DNA of 64,000 nt, from NCBI GenBank assembly GCA_964469165.1, contig CAYXXZ010000001.1:72405-136404 (forward strand), written 5' to 3'. Position numbers and translations under genes: made by a program. The DNA comes from an uncultured Porticoccaceae bacterium (GTDB taxonomy: Bacteria; Pseudomonadota; Gammaproteobacteria; Pseudomonadales; Porticoccaceae). This document shows positions 37,133 through 46,810 of this stretch, in pieces (positions within the stretch are counted from its first letter, which is position 1; every line of letters starts with the position of its first letter). The notes below the pieces were generated by a model. It saw nothing but the letters and a program-made list of their open reading frames with translations. It was not told the origin of the DNA and did not search any database.

Positions 37133-37671
37133 AGTGGCTCCATCTGTTCGGGAGTATGGGAGCCGCCCTTGCCGAAGAAGAAGAGCAGGTTTTTCAGCAA
37201 CTCTGCCACCCCCTGGATGATCAGCGTCACGGGCAACAGCAGCATCAGCGTCTTGAGCAGGTAGACACCCTTGATGCCACCGCCTTCCGTGGACACTTCA
37301 TGAACCGCCCAGCTGGCCATCACATAATCCCAGGACATGACGAAAATCAGCACACTGAGAGGTAGCAGACACAGCAGCGCTCCCAATACATCCACCAGCG
37401 CCTGGGTGCGCGGCGTGAAGTTGCGGTAGAAGATATCCACCCGCACATGGCTGCCGTGCTTGAGGGCATAGCCCATCGCCAGCATGAAGAGAGTCGCGTG
37501 AATATAGGTGAGTGATTCCTGGATGGCGATGGAGCCGCCGCTGAAGAAGTAGCGCAACGCCACTACCACACAGGTATTGATGACCACCAGCAGTGTCAGC
37601 CAGATGATGCACTTGCCCGTCAGTTCGGTAATGCAGTCCAGTCCCCGGTAAAGAGCGCTTATGAATCTCAT
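37129..37671 (-). CDS. dctQ: TRAP transporter small permease
   Basis: 180 aa with 4 TM segments. It overlaps the dctM start by 4 nt. Confidence 0.8.
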   Translation of the reverse strand: MRFISALYRGLDCITELTGKCIIWLTLLVVINTCVVVALRYFFSGGSIAIQESLTYIHATLFMLAMGYALKHGSHVRVDIFYRNFTPRTQALVDVLGALLCLLPLSVLIFVMSWDYVMASWAVHEVSTEGGGIKGVYLLKTLMLLLPVTLIIQGVAELLKNLLFFFGKGGSHTPEQMEPL

Positions 37672-37842
37672 GGGAGTTTCTTCAAGTTTTTATCCGTCGC
37701 GCATTATAGTGGGGTTGAGAGGCAATCAAAAACCGTGCCGCCTCCTGTCTTTCTGTTACTGCGCGATTGATCTTTCAGCCAAACAATTTTACTCTGTGCA
37801 GCCCGCCCCGCACCACACCGCCGCATCCCGACAGGAGAGCCA

Positions 37843-38487
37843 ATGGAAGAGTTGTTCGCCAAAAATCGCGCCTGGGTGAAATCCATCACCAATGAAATGC
37901 CGGATTTCTTCGAAAAGCTGACCAGCCAGCAGGCTCCCGAGTATCTGTGGATCGGCTGCGCCGACAGCCGCGTGCCGGCCAACGAAATCATGGGCTTGCT
38001 GCCGGGCGACGTGTTCGTGCATCGTAATGTCGCCAACGTGGTGGTGCAATCCGACCTCAACTGCCTGTCGGTGCTGCAGTTCGCGGTGGATTTTCTCAAG
38101 GTCAAGCACATCTTCGTCGTCGGCCACTATGGCTGCGGCGGCGTTCATGCCGCGGTGCGCAACGACAAGCTGGGGCTGATCGACAACTGGTTGCGCCACG
38201 TGCAGGATGCGCAACACAAGCACTACAAGATACTGGGCGCCATCTCCGACTCCTTCGCGCGCGCTGAAAAACTTTGTGAAGTGAACGTGGTGGAGCAGGC
38301 CCTCAGCGTATGCCGGACCACGGTGGTGCAGGAAGCCTGGGCCCGGGGCCAGGAGTTATCCGTTCATGGCTGGATCTACGGTGTTCACGACGGCTATCTC
38401 CGCGATCTGAAAATGAGCGTCGCCAAACCGGATGATATGTACGCCCAATACAAGAGAGCCATCAAAAGCCTACTCAAGGAAGCTTGA
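37843..38487 (+). CDS. can: beta-class carbonic anhydrase
   Basis: L+IGC.DSRVP...I.G..PG-+FVHRN+AN.V......L.S.LQ+AV..L.V+HI.V.GHY.CGGV. Confidence 0.9.
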   Translation: MEELFAKNRAWVKSITNEMPDFFEKLTSQQAPEYLWIGCADSRVPANEIMGLLPGDVFVHRNVANVVVQSDLNCLSVLQFAVDFLKVKHIFVVGHYGCGGVHAAVRNDKLGLIDNWLRHVQDAQHKHYKILGAISDSFARAEKLCEVNVVEQALSVCRTTVVQEAWARGQELSVHGWIYGVHDGYLRDLKMSVAKPDDMYAQYKRAIKSLLKEA

Positions 38488-38559
38488 CGCGCACCCTTGT
38501 GGAGCGCAGCAGACCACTGCTCAACACTTTCACAACCCACCATCACCCACAGGAACCCC

Positions 38560-38871
38560 ATGGACAGTTTCGACAATGTCAGTGTCACCAAGGCCGCCAA
38601 TGTCTACTTCGACGGCAAGGTCACCAGCCGCGCCCTGAAATTTGCCGATGGCAGTGTCAAGACTCTGGGTATCATGCTGCCCGGTGACTACGACTTCGGC
38701 ACCGCGCAGCCGGAACTGATGGAGATCACCGCGGGCCATCTACTGGTGAAGCTGCCCGGCTCCGGCGACTGGCAGGAAATCCGCGGCGGGCAGAGCTTCA
38801 ACGTGCCCGGCGACAGTCGCTTTCAGCTTCAGGTGAAGGAAATCACCGACTATATCTGCTCCTATCTCTAG
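38560..38871 (+). CDS. ppnP: pyrimidine/purine nucleoside phosphorylase PpnP (YaiE/DUF1255)
   Basis: 103 aa. ..[15 protein letters not shown]......G..KTLG+MLPG.Y.F.T...E.ME+..G...V.LPG...W. ATG 38560 is preceded by AGGAA. Confidence 0.85.
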   Translation: MDSFDNVSVTKAANVYFDGKVTSRALKFADGSVKTLGIMLPGDYDFGTAQPELMEITAGHLLVKLPGSGDWQEIRGGQSFNVPGDSRFQLQVKEITDYICSYL

Positions 38872-38891
38872 AGCTTGAATGTTCACAAAAC

Positions 38892-38976
38892 GTAGGTTGG
38901 GTTGAGGGACGAAACCCAACATCGTTGCTGCGGCGTACAACCGATTGTTGGGTTACGCTTCGCTAACCCAACCTAC
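38892..38976. repeat. two REP family 2 hairpins
   Basis: GTAGGTTGGGTTGAGGGACGAAACCCAAC and TGTTGGGTTACGCTTCGCTAACCCAACCTAC. Confidence 0.8.
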
Positions 38977-38989
38977 GAGAACTGCGCGT

Positions 38990-39040
38990 GTAGGGGCAAT
39001 TGCGCGAACCGATAAAGCTGGTTTCATGAATTGCCCCTAC
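38990..39040. repeat. REP family 1, long variant
   Basis: GTAGGGGCAATTGCGCGAACCGATAAAGCTGGTTTCATGAATTGCCCCTAC, near-identical to the copy at 11496. Confidence 0.85.
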
Positions 39041-39075
39041 GGTATGCGGTGGGACTCAACAGCCAGATCCACGCA

Positions 39076-40617
39076 TCAAGGCACCGATGCCGCCACCACC
39101 CGCACCCGGTAACGCCCGGCTTCGGCGGCGTCACTGAACGGCCCGATCTTGGTGTTCACTTCCCAGCGCTGGCCGGCAGCCAGCCTGCTCGGGCCTTGAA
39201 GCACTTTTGAACCGCCGCTCGCCTGGGCCAGTTCGATGCGAACACCGGCCACTTCGACGCCCGCCTGGTTCTGAATGACAACCCTCAGGTAACCATCCTT
39301 GCCGATATAGGTTTGTGACGGAATGTATTTATGCGGCGCCTGGGGCAGTTCCATGCGCACCATTTTCTGGCGCGCATCGCGACCCATGGCGTTGTCCATC
39401 TGCGCCACTTGCTGGTAGTAACCCAGCGCCTTTTTGGTATCGCCGGCGCTGTACGCCATCTCACCCAGGTAGTAACTGGCCGCATTGGTGGGCAGCAGCT
39501 CGTAACTGCGTTGCAGGTCGGGGCGGGCAGCGGTTTTCTTGCCTTCCTTGTAGAGCAACACGCCGCGCGCCAGGTAGTGGCTGAAATAATTGGGGTTTTT
39601 GCCGATGGCCGTGGTGAACGCCTGTTGCGCCTTGGCGGTTTCGTTGCTCATCTCCCAGGCGTGGCCGCGCAGCTCCCAGCTGTAGCCATCGTTGGGCTGA
39701 ACGCGGATGGCCTGGTCCAGATAGCCCATGGCCTCGGACGGCTTTTTCTCGTTGAGAGCCTTGATCGCCTTCTGCTGGGCCTCGTAGGCGGGCTGGTCCT
39801 TTTTGATCTGCGCGATGTGCTTCTGATAGGCCTCGCGATTGCGCACGCCACCCGTGCCCAGCTCGGCGACCCGTTCGCGGTTGCGATTGACCCTGGTCTG
39901 TGACGGCGGGTGGCTCGCGAACAGGCCGTCGACGAATCCTGACTGGCGGTTGCCGCTAAGTTTGACGAAGGTCTCCTGCAACTCGACGGCCGCCTGCAGA
40001 TCGTAGCCCGCACGTTTCATGTACAACACGCCGTAGGCATCGGATTCCAGTTCGTCGTCGCGCCCGTAGCGCGCCATCCAGGCAGCGGAGCCGAGCTGGG
40101 CCGCAACCCCGCCGAGACTGCCATAACCGGCCTGCTGAGACGCCACCCCGGCGATCTGGGTGCCGACATTGAGCAGCATGCCCTTGGACATCTGGCTGGC
40201 GCCGTGGCGGGCTGCGGCGTGGACGATCTCGTGACCGAGCACCGCAGCCAACTGTGCCTCATCTTCCAGGTGCGCCAGCAAGCCGCTGTTGATGGCGATC
40301 TTGCCCCCCGGCAGCGCCCAGGCATTGGGCACCGGATTGTTGAGCACCACGAACTCGTAGGGCAGGCCGGGGCGGTCGCTCACCGCGGCGAGCTTCTGCC
40401 CGACGCCCGCCACATAGCTCTGCAGCCGCTTGTCGAGATAATAGGCGCCGCCCTGGGCCTGTTGCGATGGCTCGTAATTCTGGCGCCCGATAGCGACCTC
40501 CTGCTCCGGCGAGATCAATGACAACTCATTTTTGCCGGTCACGGGATTGACGGCGCAGGCGGCCAGCGTCGCGCAAGCCATCATCAGCAGCAGGAATCGG
40601 GTAATGGTGTAGCTCAT
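39076..40617 (-). CDS. M48-family metallopeptidase lipoprotein with TPR repeats
   Basis: Lipobox (LAAC). [10 protein letters not shown] zinc motif with downstream E..SD, followed by TPR-like repeats. ATG 40617 is chosen; the 824-aa ORF extension is antisense to yaaA. Confidence 0.85.
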   Translation of the reverse strand: MSYTITRFLLLMMACATLAACAVNPVTGKNELSLISPEQEVAIGRQNYEPSQQAQGGAYYLDKRLQSYVAGVGQKLAAVSDRPGLPYEFVVLNNPVPNAWALPGGKIAINSGLLAHLEDEAQLAAVLGHEIVHAAARHGASQMSKGMLLNVGTQIAGVASQQAGYGSLGGVAAQLGSAAWMARYGRDDELESDAYGVLYMKRAGYDLQAAVELQETFVKLSGNRQSGFVDGLFASHPPSQTRVNRNRERVAELGTGGVRNREAYQKHIAQIKKDQPAYEAQQKAIKALNEKKPSEAMGYLDQAIRVQPNDGYSWELRGHAWEMSNETAKAQQAFTTAIGKNPNYFSHYLARGVLLYKEGKKTAARPDLQRSYELLPTNAASYYLGEMAYSAGDTKKALGYYQQVAQMDNAMGRDARQKMVRMELPQAPHKYIPSQTYIGKDGYLRVVIQNQAGVEVAGVRIELAQASGGSKVLQGPSRLAAGQRWEVNTKIGPFSDAAEAGRYRVRVVAASVP

Positions 40618-40776
40618 GGCGTTTTCTCCTCTCGGGATGAAACAAGTATAAGGCAGAGCCATGAAGACGGAACCGCATTTGGCACCATTGACAACGCCCA
40701 CGAGCCTCGACGGCTGGCCCCCCGACAGCGGCGAGGCTACTATAGAGGTCCGCAACAACCTGATTACCGGCCCGCC

Positions 40777-41556
40777 ATGCTGATCGTCATTTCTCCTGCC
40801 AAGACCCTCGATTACGAAACGCCACCCACCAGCGACCTGCACACCACCCCGGAATTTCTCGATCGATCCGAAACCTTGATCAAGGGTCTGCGCAAGCTGT
40901 CGCCGCCCCAGGTTTCGGAATTGATGGGCATCAGCACCAAGCTGGGAGACCTCAACTTTGGCCGCTATCTGGAATGGAGCCGCCCCTTCACGCCGGCCAA
41001 TGCCAAGCAGGCGGTGCTCGCCTTCAAGGGCGACGTCTACACCGGGCTCGAGGCGGAAACCCTCACCAGGAAAGAACTCAAATGGGCCCAGGATCACCTG
41101 CGCATCCTTTCCGGCCTCTACGGCCTGCTGCGCCCCCTCGACCTGATGCAGCCCTACCGCCTGGAAATGGGCACCCGCTTTGGTGTCGGCAAGGCCGCCA
41201 ACCTCTATGAATTCTGGGGCGACCGTATCACCGAGTCCCTGAACGAGGTCCTCGCCAAGCAGCGCAAACCGGTGCTGATCAACCTCGCCTCGGAGGAGTA
41301 TTTCAAGTCGGTGCGCCCGCAAAAACTCGCAGCCGACATCATCACTCCCGTTTTCAAGGACATGAAAGGCGGCAAATACAAGATCATCAGCTTCTACGCC
41401 AAGAAGGCGCGCGGCATGATGGCGGGCTACATCATTCGCAATCAGCTCAAGAATGTGGAGGACATCAAGCAATTCGACAGCGCCGGCTACCGCTACAACG
41501 CCGCCATGTCGAGCGCGCGGGAATGGGTGTTCATCAGGGATGAGAACCACGGATGA
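40777..41556 (+). CDS. yaaA: peroxide stress protein YaaA (UPF0246)
   Basis: [12 protein letters not shown]+..........P.F......L...L+.LS..Q+..LM.IS..L and YRLEMG are the hallmark YaaA sequence. Confidence 0.9.
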   Translation: MLIVISPAKTLDYETPPTSDLHTTPEFLDRSETLIKGLRKLSPPQVSELMGISTKLGDLNFGRYLEWSRPFTPANAKQAVLAFKGDVYTGLEAETLTRKELKWAQDHLRILSGLYGLLRPLDLMQPYRLEMGTRFGVGKAANLYEFWGDRITESLNEVLAKQRKPVLINLASEEYFKSVRPQKLAADIITPVFKDMKGGKYKIISFYAKKARGMMAGYIIRNQLKNVEDIKQFDSAGYRYNAAMSSAREWVFIRDENHG

Positions 41557-42149
41557 CGGGAATCAAGCCCTTCTCACAGGCCTGCATCAACAATCGCGAG
41601 CCCATCGCAGCGGTTCTCGAACGCGTGTTTCGCGATCGCCGCGAGGTGCTGGAAATCGGCAGCGGTACCGGTCAACACGCGATTTTTTTCGCGCCGCGCC
41701 TGCAACACCTGTACTGGCAACCAAGTGACCGCGCCGAGAACCTGCCCGGTATTCGAGCCTGGCTGGACGAATGCCCAGCAGACAACCTGCGCCAACCCCT
41801 TGAACTCGACGTCGACCGTGCCTGGCCACGCACCAGCTACGATGCCTTCTTCACCGCCAACACCTGCCACATCATGGCCTGGCCCTCGGTCGTCAATATG
41901 TTCGCGGGTATCGCCAGTGTCGCCCGCCCCGGCGCGACTCTGGCGATCTACGGCCCCTTCAAATACAGCGGCAACTTCACCACCGCAAGCAATGCCCGTT
42001 TCGACGCCTGACTGAAATCGCAGGCGCCCCACCAGGGCGTGCGCGACATCGAGGATATCCTGAAGCTCGCCAGCAATATCGGCTTCGAGTTGCTGGAGGA
42101 CAACGCCATGCCCGCAAACAATCAGTTGCTGGTGTTTGGCAGGGGCTGA
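41553..42149 (+). pseudogene. DUF938 SAM-methyltransferase-like gene with an in-frame TGA at codon 153
   Basis: The ORF stops at TGA 42009-42011. The same frame continues LKSQAPHQGVRDIEDILKLASNIGFELLEDNAMPANNQLLVFGRG* to 42149, which is the normal DUF938 C-terminus as I remember it. The stop replaces the expected Trp in FD.WL. A strong hairpin follows the extended end. Confidence 0.65.
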
Positions 42150-42170
42150 AGAAATACCTTCAGCCCCTGC
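42139..42170. terminator. 13-bp-stem hairpin between the convergent DUF938 gene and the TonB-dependent receptor
   Basis: GCAGGGGCTGAAG-AAATAC-CTTCAGCCCCTGC. Confidence 0.55.
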
Positions 42171-42194
42171 CACAGCAGCTATGAGAGCTGCTGA

Positions 42195-44384
42195 TCAGTA
42201 GTCATACTTAACCGTGAGACCGTACATTCTGGGAGCGGCATCCTGCGCCAGGATCGCGGTGGGACCGTAGAATCGCGAGTTATAGTGATGGCTGTCTGTG
42301 AGATTGTTGGCGAACGCGATGAGCGAAACATTTTCACCTGGGAACGTATACCCCAGCGACAGATTCACGTTGTGATAGGAATCCTGTGCCAGCTGGCCCG
42401 CCGGATCGAAATTGTAGCCGTCGTTGTAATACCAGCTAAATGCTGTATCGATCGACGCGCCATTCTGCAGCGGTAGGTGATGGTCCAGGCTTGCACTGAA
42501 AACCCATTCCGGTACGCGGGCCATGTCCTTGCCTGTCAGGTCAGTGCTGGTGGAGAGGTTGCCCATTGGCGTTTCAACAAAGATCACCGCTCTGTCGTAG
42601 CGCTTGTACTCACCGTGTTCCCATGCACCGTTGATGCGGAGAGCAAGCTCTTCCGTCACCTGCATGGAAAGTGATAAATCGAGCCCGTACAATTCTGCCT
42701 CGGCCGCGTTCTGCAAAATGGTGCTATTGGAAATAGCGGGATCAAAGATCTGCAACTGTATATTTTTGAAATCATAGAAATACAGCGCGGTCTCGAACCG
42801 CACTCTGCCCGCCGCGAATTCGGATTTGGAGCCAACCTCGTAACTTGTGAGCTTCTCCGGATCCACAGGCCCCCTCAGTTCTGGCGAAGGCGTCGACGCA
42901 TTGTAGGCACCCGACTTGAAACCTTTGCTGTACGTTGCATAGAGCATCGTGTCGGCAAACTGATAATCCAGCGTGATTTTTGGCGTGAACGCCCGCCAGG
43001 TTTTACTTCCATCCGGATAAGGCACAGCGAAGATCAGATTGTCGTCGACATCAGTGAAGGTATCGGACGCACCGATCAACTCTTTTTTGTCTTCGGAATG
43101 ACGACCGCCCACGGTGAAGTTCAGCGCTTCCGTCAAAGGAAAGGTGGCTTGAACAAACAATGCCCAGGCACTGGTGTCGATAGGCGACGTTGCAAGATTA
43201 TGATAGATCGGCAATGGCGGCAGGGCGCCGAGCAGTATTGCACCGGCGGTATCCACCGGCAGGAAGCCCGTGCGTTCCTCAAAGGCGTAGGCACCAACTA
43301 TCCAGTGGAAGGGCGCGTCCTCTGGCGAGAGAAGCTGGAGCTCCTGAGAAAACTGCTCACTTTTCTGCCATGCCTCGATGCCCAGAAAATCCACCTGGCT
43401 GCCGTCGAGGTCCGAGGAAAGATGGAAATCCGTATCCCGGTAACCACTGATACTCACCAGTGTCGCAGCGTCTAAATTGATATCCGCGCGTAGAGTAGCG
43501 CCGGTTTGCCGCGCCTTCGAAAACTGAGGCCGCTCTGACACCACGGTATATTCGTCGATGATCGCCGGCTGACTGAAAGGCGGCGCGAGCATGATGGAAT
43601 TATATTGCTCGTTGCGATACGCACCACCCTCGAAATTTTCACGCTCCATGTGCTCCAGACTACCAACCACACTGATGTTGTCGGTGGGGGTCCAGGCGAG
43701 CTTGATTCTGACAGCATCACTTTCTTCGTCGCGAGGCTCGTTGAGCCGCTGCGGCTGCACCCGATCATAGTAAGTGTCACGGGCACTGGTGGCGGCGTAG
43801 ATGCCCGCAGCGAAATTCTCGCCAAGTCCTCCGGATATATAGCCCGTAAACTCTTGACGCGAGTAGTTGCCGACAGTAACGGTCGCACCGGCCTCAAGCT
43901 CCTGCACGGGCGTGCGGGTAATGACGTTGATGGCGCCGCCAACAGCGTTTCGGCCATAAAGCGTACCCTGCGGGCCACTCAGCACCTCGATGCGCTCGAC
44001 AGCCAGCAAGTCCTGTACCCCGACAGCAGCAAGGGATACGAAAACACCGTCCAGGTGCGTTGCCACTCCAGCCTCGGCATTGGGCTGAGCGATATCACTG
44101 CCAACACCCCGCAGGTAAGGCGTAGCGGAAGAGGCGAGGCTGGTAAACACCAGCGACGGCACCATGTTCTGGATATCCTGGGTGGTGCGCATCTGGCCTT
44201 TTTCGATCGCCGCCTGGTCGATGGCGCTGACGGCAATCGGCACGTCCAGAAGTCTCTCGGTACGCTTCTGAGCGGTGACGACGATTTCTTCCAGACGAAT
44301 TCCTTCACTCTCTGCCCAGGCTGTGCTGGCAATGCAAATGCTCGCCACGTAGCCGGCCAGCGTGGTATTCCTAAATGCGCTCAT
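42195..44384 (-). CDS. TonB-dependent receptor 1
   Basis: 729 aa with signal peptide, plug-domain motifs (EEIVVTAQKR.E......P+AVS, G...VL.GPQGTLYGRNA.GGAIN) and a C-terminal aromatic residue (..KYDY). Confidence 0.9.
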   Translation of the reverse strand: MSAFRNTTLAGYVASICIASTAWAESEGIRLEEIVVTAQKRTERLLDVPIAVSAIDQAAIEKGQMRTTQDIQNMVPSLVFTSLASSATPYLRGVGSDIAQPNAEAGVATHLDGVFVSLAAVGVQDLLAVERIEVLSGPQGTLYGRNAVGGAINVITRTPVQELEAGATVTVGNYSRQEFTGYISGGLGENFAAGIYAATSARDTYYDRVQPQRLNEPRDEESDAVRIKLAWTPTDNISVVGSLEHMERENFEGGAYRNEQYNSIMLAPPFSQPAIIDEYTVVSERPQFSKARQTGATLRADINLDAATLVSISGYRDTDFHLSSDLDGSQVDFLGIEAWQKSEQFSQELQLLSPEDAPFHWIVGAYAFEERTGFLPVDTAGAILLGALPPLPIYHNLATSPIDTSAWALFVQATFPLTEALNFTVGGRHSEDKKELIGASDTFTDVDDNLIFAVPYPDGSKTWRAFTPKITLDYQFADTMLYATYSKGFKSGAYNASTPSPELRGPVDPEKLTSYEVGSKSEFAAGRVRFETALYFYDFKNIQLQIFDPAISNSTILQNAAEAELYGLDLSLSMQVTEELALRINGAWEHGEYKRYDRAVIFVETPMGNLSTSTDLTGKDMARVPEWVFSASLDHHLPLQNGASIDTAFSWYYNDGYNFDPAGQLAQDSYHNVNLSLGYTFPGENVSLIAFANNLTDSHHYNSRFYGPTAILAQDAAPRMYGLTVKYDY

Positions 44385-44649
44385 TAGAATGCTACCCCTT
44401 GTATATCGTTGTTTATGATGATTTTCGAGTCTTCGCTACTACCCACGCCACCCTGGCTGTGGAGGGCGAAGCTTTCTTTTTATGCTCACACGAGAAATAC
44501 TGCAGGCAATCGATACGACATGGAAAAAATTCTCCAGCCCGTCAAAGTTGTCTGCAACAGCAACTCGCGCGACGTCTCCCCTGAGACTACGTTTACCCAT
44601 GCGTCGGAAATTTGGGCTGCGGGTTGCAGTTGAACCATAAACTGTCAGC

Positions 44650-44760
44650 TCCAGGTTAAACCCTGCCAGACCACGGCTCTTACTGTGTTCCTGCTTAAAG
44701 CTCATGGCTTACAGCTCGCTCCGCCTCAACCAGGGTTGTAGCCTGAATTTCCGTCTACCG
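44650..44760. repeat. repeat family 3, copy B
   Basis: CTGCTTAAAGCTCATGGCTTACAGC...GTTGTAGCCTGAATTTCC. Confidence 0.7.
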
Positions 44761-44892
44761 TGTAATTGTGGTCAGGAAACTCACACGGGACTTTAGCTCA
44801 GCAAATCAGCGACGTCGTCGCTGACCAGTGCCAAAATAGACCCATCCAGTGCCATTTGATGACACCGCCACCACTGGCAGAGCGCCAGTTTC

Positions 44893-46546
44893 TCAGCTGG
44901 CCGCATGGCACGCCGCGATATATGCACACGTCATTCCCATCCCGTTGCTCGCGCCTCCACCAGGGTAAGCTCCGCGAAACCAGGAATTTGCGTCGATGCC
45001 CACGGCGTAAAGCCCCGCAATGGGAACCCCGCTACGGTCGAGTACCTGAGCATTACTATTCGTGTCCAGACCGTTACATGTGGAGAACTCACCGCGACGA
45101 ATTTCCACTGCGTAATAAGGGCCCTTCCCCAATGGACCCAGTACGGGGTTGGGTTTGTGTGAGCGATCGCCAAGAGCACGATCATAGGCGTTTTCACCGC
45201 GCTGGAATTCAGGATCGACCCCTGTTGCAGCCTGGACATCAAATGCTGACACCGTCGTCTCAAGTGTATTGGCATCCACTTTCAGTTCATCGGCTAACTC
45301 TTTTATCGTGCGACCGTATTTGAGATAGCCACTCCTTACGTATTTTCCGATGGGCATCGGAAAAGGAAGAGCCATGCCCAGGCCATACTTGCGAACTACT
45401 TGTCGCGAGCCAACGAGAAATGCCCTGTCGACATCATGTTCATTCATGAAATTGCCCATCAGTTGATAGGACATGCTTTCATTGACAAAGCGCTTTCCCG
45501 CAGTGTTGACCATAATGAATCCAGGACGACAGCGGTCAATCATGTGTGGAAAATTGACGACGGCACCATCTTTAGCAACATATGCAGATTGAGGACCCCA
45601 GATTCCGTTGGCAAAATTTTCCTGCACGAAAACACCTCCCGCTTCCTGCCCAAGAGCTATGCCAGCGCCTTGATTGGCCTTTGGCTGGAGCGACCACCCT
45701 TTGTCGGCAAGGGGAAAATTCTCCGCACGCATTCTGTCATTCCCACCATAGCCCCCCGTCGCGAGGATTACAGCCTTGCGCGCACTGATGGTTACCTCTC
45801 CCTCGGGTCGGTATGCGACGATGCCGTTAACTCTGTCATTTTCCTTTATTAAGGCGGGTGACAGAAGTCGAATTCCACAGAGTTACGCCAAGATCGAGCA
45901 GTGCCCGCAACAATACTCCGGTAAGCGCAGTACCATTACATGATCGGGTGGTCTTATTATGGAGAATTCTATCGAGCAGGTAACGACAAAAGAGTTTTGC
46001 TGAATAAGAGAAGGACTTGAAGGATCGCGTTATTTCCATGAAATGGCCCACGTCTCCCAGATCGATCTGCATGCCATTGAAGAGCGTCATTTGTGGTAGC
46101 TGGCTTCGCAATCTGTTTCGGTACATGCCAAGCTTTCTATTGTCGAATGGTGCGACAAACAGCGTCCGCCCGCCGCAAGCACCTTCATGCCAGGGTTCGT
46201 AATCAAAACTCTCGGCGGCGCTGAAACACCTCAACTCCGAATGCTGCTCTACAAATCTGATCATCTTTGGCGCATTTACAAGAAATGCACTGACTTTCTC
46301 ATGATCGTAGTATTTTCCTGTCACGCCACGAAGATAGTTATCTGCCGCATTGACGCTATCCTCGATGCCAGCAATTTTCTGATGGAGGCTGTTTGGGATC
46401 CACATGGCTCCGCCGGAGTAGGCCGAAGTTCCGCCAAACAAATCTGTCTTTTCGACGAGAAGAACCTTGAGCCCCAACTGTGCCGAAACAAGAGCAGCAG
46501 TCATGCCGGAGGCTCCGGAGCCCACCACGACAACGTCGTACATCAT
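44893..46546 (-). pseudogene. FAD-dependent oxidoreductase (3-ketosteroid-delta1-dehydrogenase / FAD_binding_2 family) split by a 1-nt frameshift
   Basis: The N-terminal part (46546-45836) reads MMYDVVVVGSGASGMTAAL......G.KVLL+EK....GGTSA.SGG..W. The C-terminal frame is open upstream of its first ATG and reads ...LIKENDRVNGIVAYRPEGEVTISARKAVILATGGYGGNDRMR.... The frames join at AATAAAGGAAAATGA (about 45836-45850), giving ...VTRLNK(E)NDRVNG.... Confidence 0.75.
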
Positions 46547-46810
46547 CCTTTCCCTTTCCCCTAGCATTATTATCGCAGCCTCGTCATTGGCCAGTATTTC
46601 TCGGCATGGAGAGCAAGCCGTAAGCTTCAAGCAGGTGCGCTGCAAGAACTGCATTCTGTCAGCGTTCAACCCAAAAAAATTTACAGCTTGTGGCCCAGCC
46701 ACAGGCTGCCGCCCAAATTGCCGACTTATGTGTAAGGCGGAGATGCGAAGCTCTTCAGTGCTCGGATATTTATTCTGGAAAACTTCAAGTACAGCATCTC
46801 GGTGAAGCAC

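Noticed and set aside
39076-41550. 824-aa ORF suggesting a much longer M48 protease.
   Set aside because: The N-terminal 310 codons are antisense to yaaA and have no protein-like features. The real protein starts at ATG 40617 with a lipoprotein signal peptide.
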